Made by a program: the position numbers and the translations under genes. A stretch of DNA of 53,722 bases, counting the filler, from Circinaria calcarea (lineage: Eukaryota): NCBI GenBank assembly GCA_051942165.1. It is 4 parts of 4 records of this genome, joined end to end, with 100 filler letters (N's around TTAATTAATTAA, not from the genome) between each part and the next. Parts side by side here need not be neighbours in the genome. Positions count along the whole stretch, not along the records: positions 1 to 13,390 come from JAVECS010000508.1; positions 13,491 to 26,854 come from JAVECS010000509.1; 2 more parts are not named here. One strand, 5' to 3'. The notes beneath the pieces were generated by a model that worked only from the letters and a program-made list of their open reading frames with translations, was not told the DNA's origin and made no database searches. Shown piece by piece: positions 11,491 through 24,479 of the stretch (position 1 is the stretch's first letter; every line of letters begins with the position of its first letter).

Positions 11491-13390
11491 ATGGACGACC
11501 TTCACCTTCACCTTCACCTTCACCTTCAGCCGGCCAGCTTCTCCTACCAGATCGATCGAGGAGGTGAGGCCTACCTTAGTGCGGAAAAATGCCAGTCTCT
11601 CAGCCCACTCGAATATAGAGTATTTCATTTCCTTTCTTCGGCGTCATGGCTCCAATCGAGCGTCGATTGACTGACCATCCTCCCCCACTCCTCTTCCCTT
11701 TGCATACACTGCTCTTTTAACTTTGCGCTTTCGCTCTCACCCCTTCCCCCTGCTGACGACTCTTTGCCATGTCTTCCCCGCCTGTCATAGCCGAGTTCCA
11801 CCATGGTGCATACACAATTCAACAGTCTGCAGCGAGACCGCTTCCCCAGACATTTCATCCTCGCACCGTGAGATATTCCAATCTCCTGACTTGGTGTTTA
11901 TGGTTCTCTTACACCCTCTTCCAATTAAACTTCGCCCGGCTACTCCAAAACGAGACACCCGATTTCATGTGGCGGATGTGGACTTGTCTGTTGGCCGAAA
12001 TATGCCTGTCGTTTCAGGAATTGGTCCTTGCCCTGAACCTGATTTTCATTCAATTTGCCGTACCAGACACCCCCAGCCGCCCATGCTATCGGCTGACTGG
12101 TGGCTCGGCTCCTACTGTTGATGTCTTCGTCACGTGCTGCGGTGAGCCCCTTGATGTCGTCGCCGATACTGTTGCAGCAGCAGAGGCACAAGATTATCTT
12201 CCGCACCAACTGCGCATTTTCATCCTTGACGATGGTCGCAGCGAGCAGCTCCGAGACGCCGTGGGTCTATGGAGCAAGAGGTCGGCGAAGAAGCATGGTC
12301 CCCAGATTCACTATCTCTCCAGGAAGCCGAACCCCGGCGTCAGGTCCTATTTCAAAGCAGGAAACCTTCGCTTCGGCATTGAGGAGACTAGACGCCTGGG
12401 AGGTTCCGAGTTCCTCGCCTCTCTCGACGCTGATATGATTCCAGAACCCGACTGGTTGCGGAGAATGATCCCTCACTTGATTCTCGAAGATAGCTTGGCT
12501 ATGGCGTGCCCTCCGCAGGTGGTCCTGTCAAATGGTCTTTCAAAGATAACTGGCTAACTCGGATTTCAGTACTATTACAACCTCCCCGATGACGACCCAT
12601 TGGGCCAGCAAACCGACTTTCACATCTGGTTCACAATTTTCGAACCTTTAAATGATCGCTTAGACGCAGCAATGTGTACAGGGACTGGATTTGTGGTCCG
12701 AAGAAGCGCTCTCGAAGATATCGGAGGCTGGCCTCTCGCAGAAGCCGCAGAAGATCTCATGTGCTCTTCGACCTTGAGCAATGCGGGTTGGAAGGTTGGG
12801 TTTGTTGGGGAAGCTTTGCAGCATGGACTTGCCCCGGAGTCCTTGCGGGCACATGTGAAGCAGAAAAAACGCTGGGTACGCTACTTTTTCCTGTCGGTGT
12901 TGGCTATCAACAGCACAGTTGACCCTCAACAGGTTGACGGCGGCATAGAAGTACACAAGCGGTTCGGGTTCTATCTGCCCGGATTCTCGGAAATTACCTC
13001 AAAGATGACTTGGGGTCAGAGAGCGGTCGGAATATCGATGGCCTTGAGGGAATATGCTCCAATAACGAACATGTTATCTCTAATTCTACTACCAATGGCC
13101 ACCTTTCCCTCTCAAATGAATAGACATGGTTCCATCGTATCCGAGCACTACTACTCTTGGTTTTGGTTGCGGAGTCTGTTCATAGCAGCATACCTAGCCC
13201 ACAAGCTAAATGACTTCGTCTTGTATGGCCACATAGGGCTTCAACGTCTGGCCAATCTACAAAGCATGGATATATGGTGTGCGCCTTGTAAGTCAAACTC
13301 CATTCGCTCCTCCAGTCAATTCCGATAGATTCTCCATTCCCTGAGTTCCTGGCCTATCACAACCTGCACAGCGTACCTAACTCCAAGACC
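11491..13390 (+). CDS. Processive GT2 glycosyltransferase, cellulose-synthase-like; 3' end cut by contig end
   Basis: DVFVTCCGEP, ILDDG, KAGNL, LDADMIP, PQ, GTG, AED and QKKRW (D,D,D,QxxRW) plus TM segments. Introns 11564-11790 (inferred first exon), 12519-12569, 12876-12932, and one opening at 13288. Confidence 0.88.
11498..11527 (+). repeat. (ACCTTC)5 microsatellite in the inferred first exon of the GT2 gene
   Basis: Five perfect hexamer copies, translating as LHLHLHLHL. Confidence 0.9.
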
Positions 13391-13490
13391 NNNNNNNNNN
13401 NNNNNNNNNNNNNNNNNNNNNNNNNNNNNNNNNNTTAATTAATTAANNNNNNNNNNNNNNNNNNNNNNNNNNNNNNNNNNNNNNNNNNNN
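13391..13490. other. Artificial 100-nt contig spacer
   Basis: N44-TTAATTAATTAA-N44 (stop codons in all frames). Confidence 0.98.
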
Positions 13491-13748
13491 GGTTGCTTGC
13501 ATTTCTACGTGAGCGTGCTCGCCTTTTATGCTATGGAAGGCAACACACGCCGCTAAGCTTAATCGGGTCTACAGGGAGGGGGGGGGGGACTTCCAACAGT
13601 AAGGTGTTTTCATTGGTGAAAGCGCTTGCGCGCACAAAATCAATGTCCGAGAAGTTTGTCACCAAGATTAGGTTCGAATCCTAAATGGTGTTGCTTTTGG
13701 TGGCTCGACAGTCACCGCCCTTTGTCATTCTCCGGTTAGCTTTAGGTT

Positions 13749-16700
13749 TTATTCCAAGGCGATTCTCTCCTCGAACGCCAGCCCCTTTTGAAAAACCGCA
13801 ATCTCATCCCTTTTCGCCAAAACAACATATCCGGCTGCAGTGCAAACCAGAACGGGCTCCGCGCCGCTATGCCAGCCATAAGGGATGAAGAAATGCTTGA
13901 TGTAATACTTTTCCGCTCCGGCATTCTCGGTCTTGATCGAGCAAACCCAGCCGTCGTGATCGAGGAACAAAAAGGAGGCCTTGTGGATTCCTATACTGGC
14001 CTTGATTTTGCCTTTAAGCTGAGTGTAGTCTGCTAATAGCTTTGCCTTTTCGGTGCCGTGCTGCAACGAAGACGTATGCCAGAGGAGGAGATGGGGGACC
14101 GCTCGAGCCCCTCGAGCATTGGAGAAGGTGACGCAGACGTTGCGGTTCGCATGGCAGGAAATGGGATCGGTAGATGAAGTGTTGGGTTTTAAGAAAGGAT
14201 AGAGCATGATGGGATCCATAGGAACAAGCTCCTCGAGCGTATCCCACTCAAATATACGCGCGATAGAGCCGTCTATCAAAAGCAGGCGATTAGGGTGCAA
14301 AGGATGGGTTATCCACGTGCGTGATGATAGTAGAAGAGCGTCGCGGCTCCTTATCAACCCTGCTGAGATGCTCCAAAGTTCATCAGAGGTCACGGTGGAG
14401 AGCAGAAGCAACTTCCCAGCTGGATTCATTAGCACCTGGCGGATAGCTTTGGCTGACCTTTCGTCCAGGAGCGGCTTCTCAGCAGTCCACTTCCCAGGTG
14501 ACGCTGGAGAGACTTTTCGAGCCAAGAAGCGGCCAGAAATGTCGGTACTGACGAGAATGCTCTCCACTGGATTCCAACATAAAGATAACACGGCAATATT
14601 CTTGGCATGACTGTGAAGTACCTGCACCGGCTTACCGGTTTTGGTTTCAAAAACAGCAACGGACCCATCCTCCCGCCCACAAAACAAGACGTCACCATTA
14701 TGGTGAACAACCATTACTGTGATCGTTAAATCATCATCCCAAAGATGAGCATCTCTGATCTGCGGACCGCTGGGAACTTCCTCACTAACATTTTCGCTCT
14801 GGCCATCCCCTGATTCAATCTGCCGCACAAGCACAGCTGGCTCCCAGACGTTACAATGATCATTTCGAATGTCAAAGAACCGGAGATTGTTATTAGTAAA
14901 GACGATGGCGTTGACATTGTAATCGGAAGCTGCAACCCGATACATCAGTCTCAAAGTCTCAAAATCAAATAGCTGTATGCTACCCCCGCCACACCCTGCA
15001 GCTAGAGTTTTGCCGTCTGGAGAGGCGGCAAGGACGTGGGCCACAGTCTTAATCAAAGCCTGTTCCTCCTGGTTCCACGGATCAAAGACAACAAGGTGTC
15101 CTTCTTGGTAGGAAGCGGCGATCAGGTTGATTTCGGGATTTGGATTAAACACCATTGCACAAACAAGTGGTCCAGGAAACCGCTTGGTCCCTGCAACATA
15201 GAATTGTCCGATAAAAGAGTTGCTTACTAGATCCCAAATACTAATAGGCCGTTGTCGATGGGCAACAGCCAGGAGGCCCAATTCCGTAGAGAACTGTGCA
15301 TGGGTGGATGGAGGGCGGTATTCGGACTGGTTGCCTGGAACCGTTTCATGAAGGGGGCATGTATCTAATTCCATACCGTTTGAGATATCCCAGAAGGCGA
15401 TTTGGTTGGTTCGTGTGGCAGCCATCAGAAGTGTTTCTTCCTCATTGAAGCTCAGCGTAAGTATATCATTGCGATGTTCCGCTTCCCAGAGTTGCGCCGC
15501 GGTAATCACATTCCAAAGTCTCACTTTTCTCCTACCACTAGAAGCCAGAAAGTTGCCAACGTTGGCAAATCGCAGGTGTCGAATTGGTTCTTCGTGCTCT
15601 AACCTCCTTGCTTCTTGTAAGGTTGACGTATAGTATACCATAATGGTGCCATTCGCCAACCCTACAACGAAGCGGGCATCCTGACATGCAATGGCCGTCA
15701 CACGTTCCTCGGGGAAAACGATACACGTTAGGCGATCATCCCAGTCTTTTTCAGATGAGCCCACAACATTTAGACAAGGTTGGGACCTCCCGAACGTTTG
15801 GTAGAGCATTGAATTAGGTGGGCACACCGAAGGGATCAAAGAATAAATAGATGCAGGGGATGCCGCTAAGCTCTTTCCAAAAGCAGCGACAAGGTGAATC
15901 ATGTCATTCGCCCATGCATTGACTGCATACACCGCTTGACCAAGTGGTGATCGATATTTCGCTCTTCGATCCAAAAAGGCTCTGAGGTTCTTGGCGGTCT
16001 GAGTGATAGAATACAAGTCCCCGCTTTGAGCAATGAATTCTATCCAGGTAAGAGTATTAGTATTGAGAAATGTTTCCAGTAACATGAAATGCGTATCCGT
16101 TGCAGAAGACGACCGCGCAACGTGCTCGGAGAAGTATAAGCTCGCGTAACTAGCAAACAAGGATCGTTTCGTGAGCCGTCTAGCTGCGCTTCCTCTCCGA
16201 TTCCGGGGGCTTTTCATCTCGTCTCCGGCAAGGTATTTCAGACATACCTCAGCAAGTCGAGAGTTTTCCTTTATTCTATCGACAGCAAACTCTGAGCCGA
16301 AGCCGTCTTTGACTAAAAAGGCCTTTACGGTTTGGTGGACAACTTGTACTCTTGAGAGTTTATCAACTTGGATCAAGTTACCACAGACCGGACCAATCGA
16401 CTTATCCAACCGAGGCAATGTCTCATTGATATCTAATTTTAAGGCCTCCTTGAGTTCATCTACCGTGAGAGGTCGAGCGGCGCAAACAGTCCATCGAAAA
16501 ATGGCTTTAGCGAGTTCTTTATCTCTCGAATGGTTCCGCATGCTGTTGAGTATCCTCGTATATAAATCATCCATTTCCGTGGGTACCTCTTTCAGTACTT
16601 CCAGTATCTGTTGTTCACTATGCGTAGTCTCCAACTCTTTTAGCACCAAAGCAGCCCAAAGAAAGCATCCATTTGATTTATCAAGTATGATCTTAATTAG

Positions 16701-18878
16701 CTCGTCACAAGCAATGTCACCGTCGACAGGAAGGAAGCTTGAATTTGCCTCTAGGAAGAGGCGGATATCTTTTAGAGAATCTTCCAGCGTTATCTGCTCT
16801 GGTATAACAGGGATTTTTCCTTGGACGAAAAGCCTTTCCATTGAGGGTGATGGCCGACTAGTAATAAAGACTCGCAATGGGAAGTTTTTGTCGACTTTAG
16901 ATAGCATTGGAATAAAAGCAGTATGATTAAGGCATTCGTCCAAGGCATCAATAACCCAGTAATGTGGCTGACTGAGCTCGACGCGGAAAATCCGTGCGAT
17001 GAATATTGTACGCCAGATGGTACGTTCATCATCCTTGCTGAAAGATTCTCCATCGTCCTGCATGTCGAGGAGGACCTGGCGTACCCTGAAATTAGTAAAG
17101 GCCATTTGGAAAGCAAGACACCGTATCATGTCGGATAAAGTCGAGTTTTCTCTATCGCCCTTTTTGAAAAAGTAATAGCTACAGTCACTACTGCAATTCT
17201 CCAGGTGTCTTATGACATGACCAGCAACGGTAGACTTTCCGGTCGCTGGTTTCCCGCTTAGCCAATAGTACCCTGGTGTATTGTCCTGGGCTACCTGCCA
17301 GTCCTGAAAGGAAGGCTTATCCGTCAGCCATTGACAGGTGCCATCCATCTGCTTGTCGACGACACTTAGGAGACTACCCTCTGGCCGTTCCGCTACGCCC
17401 AAAAAGCGCGACAGGATTTTCATTTGGCTGCGGTGTTCTTCTTGTCTCACAACAGACCCTACATCCCATCAGCAAGAATGCTATAGCATAACTGCCTTGT
17501 TCTAGCCTACAGTCTCTCTCAATAGAATCGATAGTTGAGATAAACGCATTCCGCAAAGTCAAGTAGTTATTGTCGAGTGGGTTGGCGAATTTGCATATAT
17601 GCCGGTGATCCGCATTCAGAAGCTGAATACGCTCAAATGGGAGGCCTGCATGAAAGTCAGTGCTACTGGACAAGAGTAAAAGTAATGTATCAATAAGTAT
17701 TAAAAAGAGGTTCACACCTATCGAAGCAGAGTCCTTCTCCACGATTAACTCTTGGCTAGTTATAAGATTGGTTTTCACTGTTTCAAAAAAGGACCAAAGA
17801 TGCGAGCCTTGATAAACGTGTCGGAACTCATCGTTGATAGTCTGTAAAGCTCCAGAGTTAGGTATTAGATCATGAATGTAAGCTTTTGATTCATTTGGCA
17901 TCGCAATTCGTAACAGATTGCCAAGTAGCTGGGCACTGTCAGCTCCACGATGCGGTGTCGCAAGGAAGAATAGACTGTGGAATCGAGCTCCGAGAACATG
18001 GTAGTTGGGGTCTTGTTTAGCAATGAGATAAGCCTGCTCTATTAAGTATAATTAGCGGAGACGAAGTTCCAGAGGACGATAGGCGCGGAGAGACCTTTTT
18101 CAAAACCAATCCACCCATGCTATGACCGATGAGAACAATAGGAGTCTACGGACTTGCTTCAGCACATAAAGTATTCCACGACCTTCTTAGGCTTACTTCT
18201 CCGTTTCTCCTAATCTCAGGAGAGTTGTAGATATCTCCAACCAAAGCTTGCCCGAAGTCGTGGATATTGAGTACGCTCCCTTTTCTTTCTCCCCAGTCTG
18301 CATTGTATCCGTAACTGTGTACTCGAACGTTTTTCAATTTGGGTTCGGATGGAAGCCATTCCTTAGGCCAATAATGAGCTGGATCATCTGATAAACTCCA
18401 AGTCTTGCGCGATCCTCCTCGAAGGCCATGGACCTAGTATAGCGAACTTGAGTCAGTGCTGTAGTCATCCAAAGAGGATAACACGATATAAAAAAGCAAC
18501 TAGTCATTCAAACGGAATATAATCTCATATTCGTGCTTCTAGCCTCCGTGGAACCTATTAGGGTTTTCATGTATAGTCTCGAGCAATAACAATCTTTGAT
18601 GCGTATACGTACGAAGATAAAGTCGATGCGAGGCTCAGATGGTTCCCACAGTAGGTTTAATCCTAACGGCCCTCGAATTTGCTCTGCGGTCTCTCTTCCT
18701 CGTCTTGAGAGACTTAAAGAGCTCAGTCGACGTTCGAGGAAAGAGGAGGTGATCGATCGCTTGGTCGGAGTAGGGGATGGCTGCCGATCACGACCAAACT
18801 ACAGCAATATGACATTGATTAGCATTTTGTAGATGGCGCACTAGACGATAGACACAATAGCCAGCTTACAATCTCCAT
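13749..18878 (-). CDS. Fungal NLR-like protein: alpha/beta-hydrolase (SesB/PGAP1-like), NACHT, WD40; multi-exon
   Basis: N-terminal exons give GPLGLNLL..IDFIFVHGLRGGSRKTW, YGYNADW, IGHSMGG, FLATPHRG, LNADHRHICKF. NACHT has Walker A GKPATGKS and Walker B VIDALDEC, followed by degenerate WD repeats. The start exon (MEI at 18878) is inferred. Confidence 0.9.
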
Positions 18879-20067
18879 CAAGATGTCGATCAATCCGTTA
18901 GAAAGATGATATCAACCGGAGCGAATACTAAAATCATCTATAGCATTCCCATGATTTTCAGAGCGATAGGCTTCGTTGGATACTAGGTCGAGTAAAACGA
19001 GTATAGAATCTGATCATAGAAACTGGACAATACTAAAAGGGGGTTGAGGCGGTGCTCTTCAAGGACCGGGGGATGCGGAAATGTGCAAGAATTGAGAAAA
19101 TATAATAAGATTTGGCCCCCCTTTCGCAGCTCTGACCTTAGCCTTGGATCTCCTAAATTTTCAACCCGCATACGCAAAACAAGAGCTTCATTGTATGAGT
19201 ACAAACGGAGCTACCTATGTTATGGTGGTAGACATTTCTGGCCAACACGGAGGCGTAGATCTTGTGTCAGCAAGGGAAGGCCTGCCACCTAGACTTTACG
19301 ATATTAAGCTTAGAGCATCGAAGGATTCCCAATGAAACGCACTTACGTCGTGGCTTCGGCAAATTCGGGCAGGACACAATATTGTGGTCCATGAGGCGGA
19401 TAGTTATCCCGCTAGTATCGTCCCTTTCCCGGAAATTAGGGGTAAATCTTACCAATCACGCAGTCCATTTCTTACTCGATTTGAACATCCCTATTATTCT
19501 TGCATGTTGCCAAAAGTAATAGGTAAGCTAATAACATGTAGCCCTCATATTAAATGCGGTGATTTTACGTCGATTTCATTTCATCCTATTGTTTAAAGCT
19601 GCTCCTTCACGCGATGCTAACCTATACGGGCATTATTGTTATTTAAAGATTCAAAAGTGATTACCCAGATTATATTTATATAAGAATATTCAATAAACCA
19701 GATTAAGGAGAAGAATTCTCTGGGGCTCGCATAGCATATTACTTATTCTACTTCTAACACGTACTACTTGGCAGAAATACTACTAGGGTTGATTGGCTTA
19801 TGCCATGCGGGCGACCCTTATCACATCGGCAGCCTGCATGGGCTTAAGTGCCACCATGTAGTATCTGATCACTGCGGCGGCAGACCGAGCACAAGAATGG
19901 CCTCCCGTCCTCCGAGCTATACGCAGAGATCACACACCCCCATTCTCTACCAGTTCTTAAGTGCTCAGCGAATGCTATTGAATAGTATCTGTTTGGTCCA
20001 AATGCAGACGGGTGTGGTAATTGTTTATATATGATCCCTAGTTCCCAGATTTCACACCGCTTTAACA

Positions 20068-21552
20068 ATGTCCTCCTTACCAGACATCACTGTGGCTTTG
20101 GGCTGGAAACCAGGTCCAGTAGACAAGGAGCTGGACGAGAACATTCTTTCTGGTAAGATAGTTATTATATCCATCTGCTTTATTCGAGCAAACACTCAAT
20201 CATGGATGCAATTCCTAATTCAGGGCCTAAAAGTGTCGAGATTTGGCATGGATAGTATGGCGAAATCCCTACATTCTAGGTTCATATTCTAAGTCTTATC
20301 ATCAGCTAAGACTTGTTACTACGATGGATTAACATGTGTATGCAGAACTTCCCTCGGGAACCAGACTTATATCCATCTCTCCATCGGGAGCAAGCGCTTG
20401 GGTCCAAACGGTTCGCATTGAAACCACATTGCGAGATGGGACGCCAAAAGTTTACTTCATGAAGGCACGTACTATTGCAGTAGACACACATAGCCTTATT
20501 GGCTCCAGAGTATCGCTGACAGCGCATTCGTATAGGGCGCACCAGGAGATCGGGGCCGTAGCATGATGCACGGCACTTTCGAGTCGGAGAAGGCGATGTA
20601 CTCTTTTGCACCCAAGAATGTCCCAGAACCCGTTGCTTGGGGAACCTATAAGTCACAGCCAGATACTCATTTCTACATATGCGGTTTTCATGAGATGTTG
20701 GACGATCTTCCAGATATCCGCAGTCTGGGCGCGCTGGTTGCAAGAATACATACCGACAGCATGGGGAAGTCTCCCAATGGCAAATACGGCTTTCCCGTGG
20801 CTACACACTTGGCTAATATCCCCAACGATAATTCTTGGTGCGATACATGGGAGAAGTGGTTTACAAATGCAATGAGGCGAATGCTTCAAGCAGAGAAGGA
20901 ATCCCACGGTCCAGACCTAGAGCTCGAGAAGCTTACAACCGCTCTATTCGAGAAGGTAATTCCACGGTTACTCAGACCTTTGGAGACCGGAGGAAGAAGC
21001 ATACAGCCCTGTCTTATCCACTCGGACCTGTGGCCGGGCAATATTAAACCGGACGCAGAAACGGACGAGCTTCTTCTCTTTGACTCCTGTGCGTACTGGG
21101 GACACAATGAGTGTATGTCAAAGCCCCAATCGTTACATATCGATACGAGCACACACTGAAAGCACGGTGGACAGCCGATCTCGGTCCCTGGAGAGCACCT
21201 CGATACAGGCTTGGCCGACCCTACATGAGGGAATACCACAAGCACATCCCGATATCCTCCCCAGAGGAAGACTGGGATGACCGCAACTTGCTCTACGCAA
21301 TGTATGTACTTTCAAGAACTTGCAATTTAGTATGTGGGATCTTACTGACGTCGCCCTTTCTCTCTTAGCCGTTACGATTTCCTCGTGTCCGCCCTCTTCC
21401 CAAACGACCCACGTTTTCGAGAAATGTACGCCTTATCATACATCAGACATCCAATTTCCCTCGGGCTTTCAGCTAATCTATCTAGGGCTATGGACGGGCT
21501 GAGAACCCTTGTGGACAAACACCCGAACGGGTATGAAATTGCAGAACCATGA
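20068..21552 (+). CDS. Fructosamine-3-kinase / protein-ribulosamine 3-kinase family, multi-exon
   Basis: YFMK, GTFESEKAM, VPEPVAWG, SPNGKYGFPV, KVIPRLLRPLETGGRSIQPCLIHSDLWPGN, FDSCAYWGHNE, EEDWDDRNLLY; spliced end ...HPNGYEIAEP* at 21552. Confidence 0.9.
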
Positions 21553-21756
21553 TGGATATTGTAATACACACGGGAAATTTGAAAGGTGATGTACCTGGGA
21601 TAGACAAAACAGTCGAGCAGACACTTGGAACGAAATCAATTGCAGCACCTGCAAATGGTCGGGAAGCTTGTCACCATTCACTACAAGGAAGGGTACAGGA
21701 TATATACTGGATTATGATATTGCTAGAGAGTATAAACAGATTTCTCTCTAAAACTC

Positions 21757-23610
21757 TCATTCCGCCGTCGCTGCCCTTCGCCTCCAGCTCAATCCGAACT
21801 TATGTAGCGCCAATAGTAAAGGCACAGCCAGCAAGCAAATCCCAGCGTAGACAGTAAAGCACCAACCCGCCCCTAGCGCATCGATGATAGCTTGCAATGC
21901 CGCCAGACCGCCTCCAGCCAGCACGCAGCGGACTAGGTTGTACGAAGCCTGGGCGGTAGATGACTGGTGCGGGTTCAGATCTGTGAGAAGGGTCCCGCAC
22001 ATCTTCGAAGCAGGGTTAGTAGGAATAGCAGATTGACGGTACGCAAGCACTGCAAAGAATAGGACTTACGACAAATATGCTAACCGAGGTGCTTCCCGTA
22101 AAGAACTGCAATACCATTGGAACTGCAATATGCTACTAGACGTTAGTTGGAATGTCAATCGTATCGCCTGGTATTATTCGACGTACCGTGTTAACATGGA
22201 GAGCCCATCCATACCCAATGATACCAATAATGTTCATGACTACCAGGTACCAGATGCTTCTTAGCCTCGCATGCTCGATCGGAAACTCGGATAATTCATC
22301 CCCCCCAGCCAGGTTGATTTCATGACCGACTTCTTTGGCTGTGCGGCGGTAGTCCCAATCCAGCAATTTCCCTGTCCAAGTCAGCGAATTCGAATAATAT
22401 TAACAACCCTTGAATAGAACCCCTTCAGAACCTAATATGAAATTCGGAGGCAACCTTAGTCCATTCTCATTAAAAGAACGGCAGCCCTTGAAATCTTGAA
22501 GGACTCTGTGGGGCACCAAGTCAGCGGAGCGACATACCTGAAGTGTACGCTGCGATAATACCACCGATCCCAGATGGCAGGTAGATCAGACCAGCTTCGA
22601 GGTAGTTCAGGTCATAGATTCTTATGCAGAGTGTAGACAACGATGCTCCTAGGCAGCAGAAAACAGTGTAGAATATGCTGCCAACCAAGATCACGCAGGC
22701 GGTATTTTTGTTCCAGAGAACCCGGAGGCAGGCTATGGGGTTGGGAAACGAGCAGCTACGTTTGGGTGCCTCCTCATCCTGACCTGTTCTCGGTGAACAC
22801 GTAGTCGGCACCTGGAAGGCGATGAACCCTTTAGTGCTTCTGCTACCATTGCCAACTATAATCCGGGCGGTCTCTGGGAGGAAAAGAAGGAGACAAAGCA
22901 ATGTTGATCCTGAAAGGATAGTCAAAAGCCAGAATATCCATCTCCATCCCAGGCGTTGAGCCAAAATTCCACCCAGAACAGGGCCAAGGCTTGGAGCAGC
23001 GTTTGTACTAAAAAAGATTGCATTCAGAAAAGATAAGGAGACGACAGCAATGTTGTACATACAACCCCATTAACATTCCCACATACGAACCTCGTTCTGC
23101 TGGAGTTGCAACATCGGCTATAACACCGTAAGCAAGAGCTATTGTGCCTGAAACCAATTAACTAAAAAGCCAGGTGGCGGATTCTACTTTCAGCTTGCCC
23201 GAGCTTCCCGCACTCTGAACCATACGTAGAACGAGTAGACCGGGATAGGAGCTCTGCAACCCCAGGCCGAGATTCGCTGCGGTGTATAATGTAAATGCAA
23301 CAAGGTATACAGGGCGCCTACCGGTCCGATCTGCCATGTCGCCGATAATGGATGGCGCAACACCGGAGACAACTTGGTACGATGTGATGGTCAAGTTGAT
23401 TAGCTCGACGGTAGTGTCGAGTGCCTCTGCTAGAGGTTGGATAGTGGGATAGTAAATGAAGCTGCTTAAGCCAGAGAACATAGCCGCAAAGGAGGCTGCG
23501 CAGGCTATCCATTTTTTCCTATTCTGGGAAAAGACCGAGTATGGCTGCTCTGATGCACCGTTCTTGGGGACTACCTCCTGCTCGGATACAAGTTCTTTCT
23601 TTTGCCTCAT
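21757..23610 (-). CDS. MFS drug:H+ antiporter (DHA1 family), multi-exon
   Basis: YSVFS, IYYP, INLTITSY, GDMADRTGRRPVY, LRMVQSAGSSG, PSLGPVLGG..GWRWIFW, LPET, FPIEHARLRS, AQASYNLVRC; first in-frame ATG at 23610. Confidence 0.92.
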
Positions 23611-24479
23611 CCTATGCTCTTTCTCTTGCTTATCCTCGATGGAGGTCACTCATGTAAATTTCATAAATAATCTCTCATCATACATACTAGTGCCCACTTT
23701 TGCAGCAATCGAGTCAAGAAACTATTGAGTCTATTACGTCTATGCGCTGTGTGTTCTCCTACTTCATTTCCACCAATAACTTTTCTTCCCGAACAGATTT
23801 GTGGATACCCGAGCAGGCCTAGTGCTCTCGGCTGTAGCGTCCCGGGCGGCAATCGCTAACCCTGGCTTGGTGCACGGGCGTTGGTTAGCCACCAGCCGAC
23901 ATCCAACATTCGAGGCTTGGATGTACCAGAAGCTATGGTTGGAGATTACCAATGGAGATGCGTTCAAGCGTCCACCTCACGCGGCTCGAATGTGTCCTAC
24001 TCGAGGTTACGCATGCTAGCGTCTCGAGGGCTGTACAGCCAGCTGCAGTCTTGCACGTTGCATCAAGCATTGTTTCAGCCTCGTGGAGAGCGCATCATGA
24101 GCGAGGATCTTAGTTGGGCTCTGAGGCGTGCAATGCACAGTTTCTCATGAGTCGCAGAAGTCTCCAGTGCCATGTCTTCGAGACAGGAATAGTGGTAGGT
24201 CCAGGCCGCAGCCAACAGTGCCTTACATAGCCCTTTTCTATGAGCTTTGTGCCTGTGAGGCGTGGTAACTGTGTGGTGGGAGTCCGGGGAACCTGGTGCC
24301 ATATACCTTTGATAGATGAAGTTTTTCTTTATCTTGTTGCTGATGACTCTGAGAACTCAAGAAGACTTGAAGCTTACTATTGTTAATCTGTCGTTTTACT
24401 CTTTACCTGTGTCATCTAGCTTCTTAACGTGACGATTCTTTCCGCTTCTACTGCTTCTCGGAATCAATTTACATAAGTC

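Noticed and set aside
13435..13446. TTAATTAATTAA palindrome repeated three times in the window
   Set aside because: It is an assembly linker embedded in N runs.
16171..16926. 251-aa plus-strand ORF and similar antisense ORFs over the NLR, sugar porter and RPO41
   Set aside because: They are antisense shadows of well-supported genes.
19144..19596. Two same-frame ORFs separated by one TGA, a possible pseudogene
   Set aside because: No recognisable family motif, so it cannot be supported without a search.
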